DNA of 63,958 nucleotides, filler included, from Saprolegnia diclina VS20 (Eukaryota), in the NCBI RefSeq assembly GCF_000281045.1. It is 9 parts of 3 records of this genome, joined end to end, with 100 filler letters (N's around TTAATTAATTAA, not from the genome) between each part and the next. Parts side by side here need not be neighbours in the genome. Positions count along the whole stretch, not along the records: positions 59,389 to 61,858 come from NW_008246095.1; positions 61,959 to 63,958 come from NW_008246096.1; 7 more parts are not named here. One strand, 5' to 3'. The notes below the pieces were generated by a model. The model did no database searches. It worked only from the letters and a program-made list of their open reading frames with translations, and had not been told where the DNA came from. Shown one piece after another: positions 59,389 through 63,958 of the stretch. Positions within the stretch are counted from its first letter, which is position 1; each line of letters starts with the position of its first letter. The position numbers and the translations under genes were made by a program.

Positions 59389-61858
59389 TAAGCTCAGGCT
59401 AACCAAGTCATTGTTCAATCACCTCTTCTTCTCTCAAGCCAGCCAGCGACAGCGGACGCGCCGTCACATTTGGTAGCACTTGTTGGTTGAAGGACACCCC
59501 GTTTTCAGCAGAAGGAAATGGTCAAGCAGCGCGCAGCAGCCTCAGGAAGAAGGCTGCCCAGAAGAAGAAGCCGCCCCGGAGAAGGCCGCCCAAGGAAGGA
59601 AGTACCCGACGCGAGACGGTCGGAAGGATGTCGAAGGACGACGTCAAGATGGAGGGTGGATATCCACCGCTCCCCACGGACACGATGGAAGTGCTGTCCA
59701 CCATGGCGAGGGTCCTCGAGAAGATCTCGGACAAGGTGACAACGAAGCAGCGACACCGCCTCAACCACGTCCAACCGATCGCGTACAGCGGCGCGATCAA
59801 GGAGGACATCATGCTCCACTACCAGCAACTGGAACTACGCTGGTCGGCCGAGAACATCGACTCGTCCGACCCGGACAATTTCAAGATGTGTCTGGCCCAG
59901 CTCATCTCCACGTTCACCGGCCCGGCCGCAGCGTGGGCGCATACCCAGTTTACGGATGGGAAGAACCCGTTCAGCACGCTTCACGAGCTGCTGGCGGCAG
60001 CGCGCCTCGAGTTTGAGCCGGCCGACATTCAAGAGCGACTCCGTGACGACTTGAACTCCCTCCGCCAAGGCAACTGTGCGGGTGGGTTGAACGAGTACGT
60101 CCAACGGTTCCGCGAGATCATGGCGCGGGTGATCAACATGTCGGAGATGGACAAGATCATGTTTTTCATCCGTGGCCTCAAGTCGCAAACGAAGAAGGAG
60201 CTAATCTACCGCGAGATCGGCTCGCTCTCCGCCGCCATGTCGCTCTCGCACCGTTTTGAACGCGCATATTTTAGTGACGAGCGTCATGAGCGCAACGACC
60301 GTCGCGATCGTAGCCGCGAGCGTGGCGACCACCGTGGTCGTCATGACCGCCGCGATCGTCGTGATCAAGACCGCCAAGGACAAGGCCAAGCTGCGCCGCG
60401 GCAGGGACGCCGCGAAGAGCGCCGTGGCCCGTCCCAAGCCAGCGGGAAGGTCAACTTCAACGACCATGCCCACAAGAACAAGTTGTGCTTCAACTGCCAC
60501 GGCTCCGGCCATCGCGCAGACGAGTGCCCCGAGCCGAAGCGCAGCGACAACCAGCGCCCGAAGCATCATCGCGTGCGTACCAACCGCATCGTGGTGACGG
60601 AAGGGTCTGATGACATGAGTGAAGTCCCGGTGTTGTCGATCCGAGCGACGCCGATCCACGTGCGTCAAGGACCAACACTCCCGACGTCCAACTCTTTCGA
60701 CGTCCTCCAAGTCGACGAGAACGACGAAGGGGAGGATGACGTCGAGCAAGTCGAGCGTTCCTGGTTGGACGAGCTCACCGTGCTCTCGTGCTGGGACATG
60801 GAGGACGACGCCAGCGATGTCGCAAAGACCGATGGCTACGAGACGCTCTCGGATGATGACTCGGAAACGCAGTCCGACGTCGCTGAGCAAGAGCTCTTCG
60901 ACGTTTTGTGGGCTTTTGAAGACCTACTCGACATGGACCTGGTCGAGGTGCTCTGTGTCAACATGCGGTTTGATGAAGACGCGGCCTGGAAGGTAGTCGA
61001 GAACTTGCGATTCCTCCAACAAGGCTCCGACTACTTGTTCTTCAAGCCGCTGCCCGAAGCTGAGCCGCCCAAGCCGTTGCCCGAACCCGAGGTCGAGCCG
61101 CTCGAGTCACTTGATGCGGCCTCGACGATGACCCAGGTGCGGGTCAACACACTTGCCAAGTCGCGTGACGTCGCCGATCAAGAGCTCATGATCCTCAACG
61201 GCAAGATCAACGGCCGTGACGCCCGCATCTTTCTCGATTGCGGTGCGACGAGCCAACTGATCCGCGACACGCTTGGTGGTATGATTGTCGGGACGCTGCC
61301 CGTGTCTGTCGAAGGATTCAACAGCAGCGTCAAGAAGCAGGTCAACAAGTACGCCGTCGACGTCGAGATTTGCAACCACTCGTTCCCGCAGCTCGAGATG
61401 ATTGCGTGGGACTTTGCCGACAAAGACTACGACTGCATTTTGGGTCAACCGTGGTTCTTCAAGTACAACCCGACGATCGACTGGCGCACTCGCACGATTA
61501 CGGCTCTCGACCCCGAGCCGCCGGGGCGTCGCGTACGTCCTGGACGCGAGTCGCCGCGCCCAACCAAGAACACCTACTCGGTCCGCCTCGCCAGTCGACG
61601 CGCACGCCGAAGAAGGGTGTCTCATCGAGGTGTTGGCCGCCGAGCTCGTCGATTCGCCGCCCCAAACGCTACCGCAAGCGATCACCGACTTGCTCGAGGA
61701 GTTTTCCGACGTCTTCCCGAACGAGTTGCCGGACGGCCTGCCGCCGTCACGCTCGGTCAATTTTTCGGTGACCATGAAGCCAGGAGCCAAGCCCAAGTCC
61801 CAACTCTACGGGTTCCGCCTCTCGCCCATGGAAGAGAAGCTGCTCGACGACTTTGTGG
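59389..61858 (+). mobile_element. Ty3/Gypsy LTR retrotransposon gag-protease and RT N-terminus (partial)
   Basis: Gag capsid-like LRQG..LNEYVQRF..FIRGLK, zinc knuckle CFNCHGSGHRADEC, protease FLDCGAT and ILGQPW..YNPTIDW, then in the +1 frame LLEEFSDVFPNELPDGLPPSR...RLSPME. Confidence 0.93.
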
Positions 61859-61958
61859 NNNNNNNNNNNNNNNNNNNNNNNNNNNNNNNNNNNNNNNNNN
61901 NNTTAATTAATTAANNNNNNNNNNNNNNNNNNNNNNNNNNNNNNNNNNNNNNNNNNNN

Positions 61959-62354
<396 letters not shown>

Positions 62355-62479
62355 ATTTCAGATCAATATTCACGCTGCCCTTATCATGTTAAATACGAGT
62401 ACTCGCTTTAGGTAGGAGTTTGCCGACGAGCTGTGTACAACAGCACTTCAATTTTATGGACTTGCGCTGGTACGTCGAG

Positions 62480-63640
62480 TGAGGAGCATAAGTGGTCTTG
62501 GCTTGGGATTATGGAGGGACAAGGTAATAATCGCAGAGAGAGAGTGGAACGACGCGGCAAGCGATGGCTGGGCGATGGCACCACGGTGCGACGAGCTAAG
62601 TGCCAGACTGCAATCGTGTCATAGGAGCTGCCTGACCGTGAGTGCAGCGGCAGGAAGGTTCGAAAGCGTCGTCCAAAAGACTCGGGCAGACGTTCCTCTC
62701 ACTCTCGCCGTGCGTGGACGTGCGGTCGCCGCTCCTGCTTGCGCGAGCGTTCAAGTCCGACGATGGCAGCTTGCCCAACAGCCCAACATGGACGACGTCG
62801 ACCGGCAAGAAATATGCTTGTCGACAGGCGGTCAATCTGGGACTATTGCTGCGGCGGCCTCCAACGCCAAAGCCGCGACCACTGGAGCCGGTCTCACTTG
62901 TCCTACTCGACACTCGTTGTCTTATGAACCTACGTGGCCCTGCGAAAGATTCCCAGACACGATGTTTTGGGATGGCGAGGGCGTGCGAGAAGGCGTAGCC
63001 CATCTATCTCGCTTTGAATCCTACTTCATGTGAGATAGCGTCCGCAGAGGGTCAAGCAAGGACCTACTCGAACAATTTTGGCTACTTGAAGGACACACTT
63101 CAACGTCCACTCGACTGCGTTGGACATGATGTGCCCCTCGAGACTCTGCCTACTGGGCAGTTTTGGCGTGAGGAGTCAGACGGTATTTGTGGAAGCATGG
63201 AGAAAGGAGTGAGAGATGCGTCTGTGCACGTTGTCCCTCGACCCCGTCAAGCTCTTGCGTCCTTTCTAAACTCTTCTAAACGATACTAGCCAAGTCGTTA
63301 ACTAGTCAACGTTGCGTGCAGCAAACGGCTTGGAAGGCTCGTCGTCGCTGTCGCTGTCGCTGGAATTGCTGTCTTGCACTGGCGGGATGGGTGGGAATGC
63401 CAGTGGCCCTGTCGCTCTCGGAGCATTGTCTAGACAAGTCACATACATATTTAGTAGGTACGCGAGATGCGGTACCGCTGCGCACCGCATTTCTTTGCCG
63501 CTTGCTCTCGCGGATGGCGGCGTTGACCTCGGCAAAAGCACGCAGTTGTTCTGGCGTGGGGCCCCTTGGGGGATCGTTGATCCTTGCTTTGATGTTGGAC
63601 ATCTTGGTGGGCTTCTTTCTGCGCCTGACGGGCTTCATGG
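62480..63640 (-). pseudogene. Possible decayed KDZ (Kyakuja-Dileera-Zisupton)-like transposase
   Basis: Basic and acidic N-terminal segments, RQNCP...HIM...VSFK*PKLFE (CxC-like), AYFLPVDVV, CRCTHGQ...LQSG (cf. C.CRHG...M.SGE). Many stops. Confidence 0.3.
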
Positions 63641-63744
63641 TGCTGGCCTTTGTGGGGATGAAATTAGACCGTTTGTGGTTGTGGGGAATGGACCGTTGCA
63701 CTTGCTGAAACCGCTTAGGGAGCTCGAACCCGGAGGCTTCGTAA

Positions 63745-63793
63745 CCCGGAGAAAACCCGGAGACCAGCAATCGCGGAGAAAACCCGGAGACAG
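63745..63793. repeat. Short direct repeats CGGAGAAAACCCGGAGAC x2
   Basis: Seen directly; followed by several TTCTGTT units up to ~63850. Possibly subterminal repeats of the adjacent relic. Confidence 0.7.
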
Positions 63794-63958
63794 TATTTAC
63801 ATTCTGTTTCCTACAGTGTTAGAGGTTCTGTTTGAGATTCTGTTCTGTAATGTTTTTTTGAACAGTCGATACTATAGGCATCGACCATTTACCAATTATT
63901 ACGTCGATAAGCATCGATGTAATACGTCACACCTTAAGTGGCTTAACATTCTGCTTAA

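Overview
GC-rich eukaryotic DNA, most likely from a Saprolegniales-type oomycete (inference from ~40-50 nt GT-AG introns, CAYTYYNCAWTTT Inr/FPR-like core promoters and gene family content). The window is not one contig: eight artificial 100-bp linkers (44N-TTAATTAATTAA-44N) join nine pieces, and there are further internal N gaps. Genes, in order: an array of at least six sugar-porter (MFS) genes plus a pseudogene fragment; an ankyrin gene head-to-head with a divergent SMC4/SMC1-like gene; TPR-membrane, coiled-coil, CREST-superfamily and PX-domain genes; five sigma-like GSTs; four members of a bZIP-like family; a COPI-associated protein; an AP endonuclease; two SLC52-like transporters; a peroxisomal ABCD transporter; a partial Ty3/Gypsy gag-pol; and the 3' part of GAPDH. 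Several decayed DNA-transposon relics and MITE-like elements lie between them. Best leads: (1) an extra, divergent SMC with intact ATPase motifs; (2) a CUE-like (ubiquitin-binding type) domain between the nucleocapsid and protease of the Gypsy element; (3) the bZIP-like family, including a truncated member; (4) a recurring, twice palindromic ACTTCAAC motif upstream of the sugar transporters. Exon boundaries and family calls were made by eye and need database confirmation.
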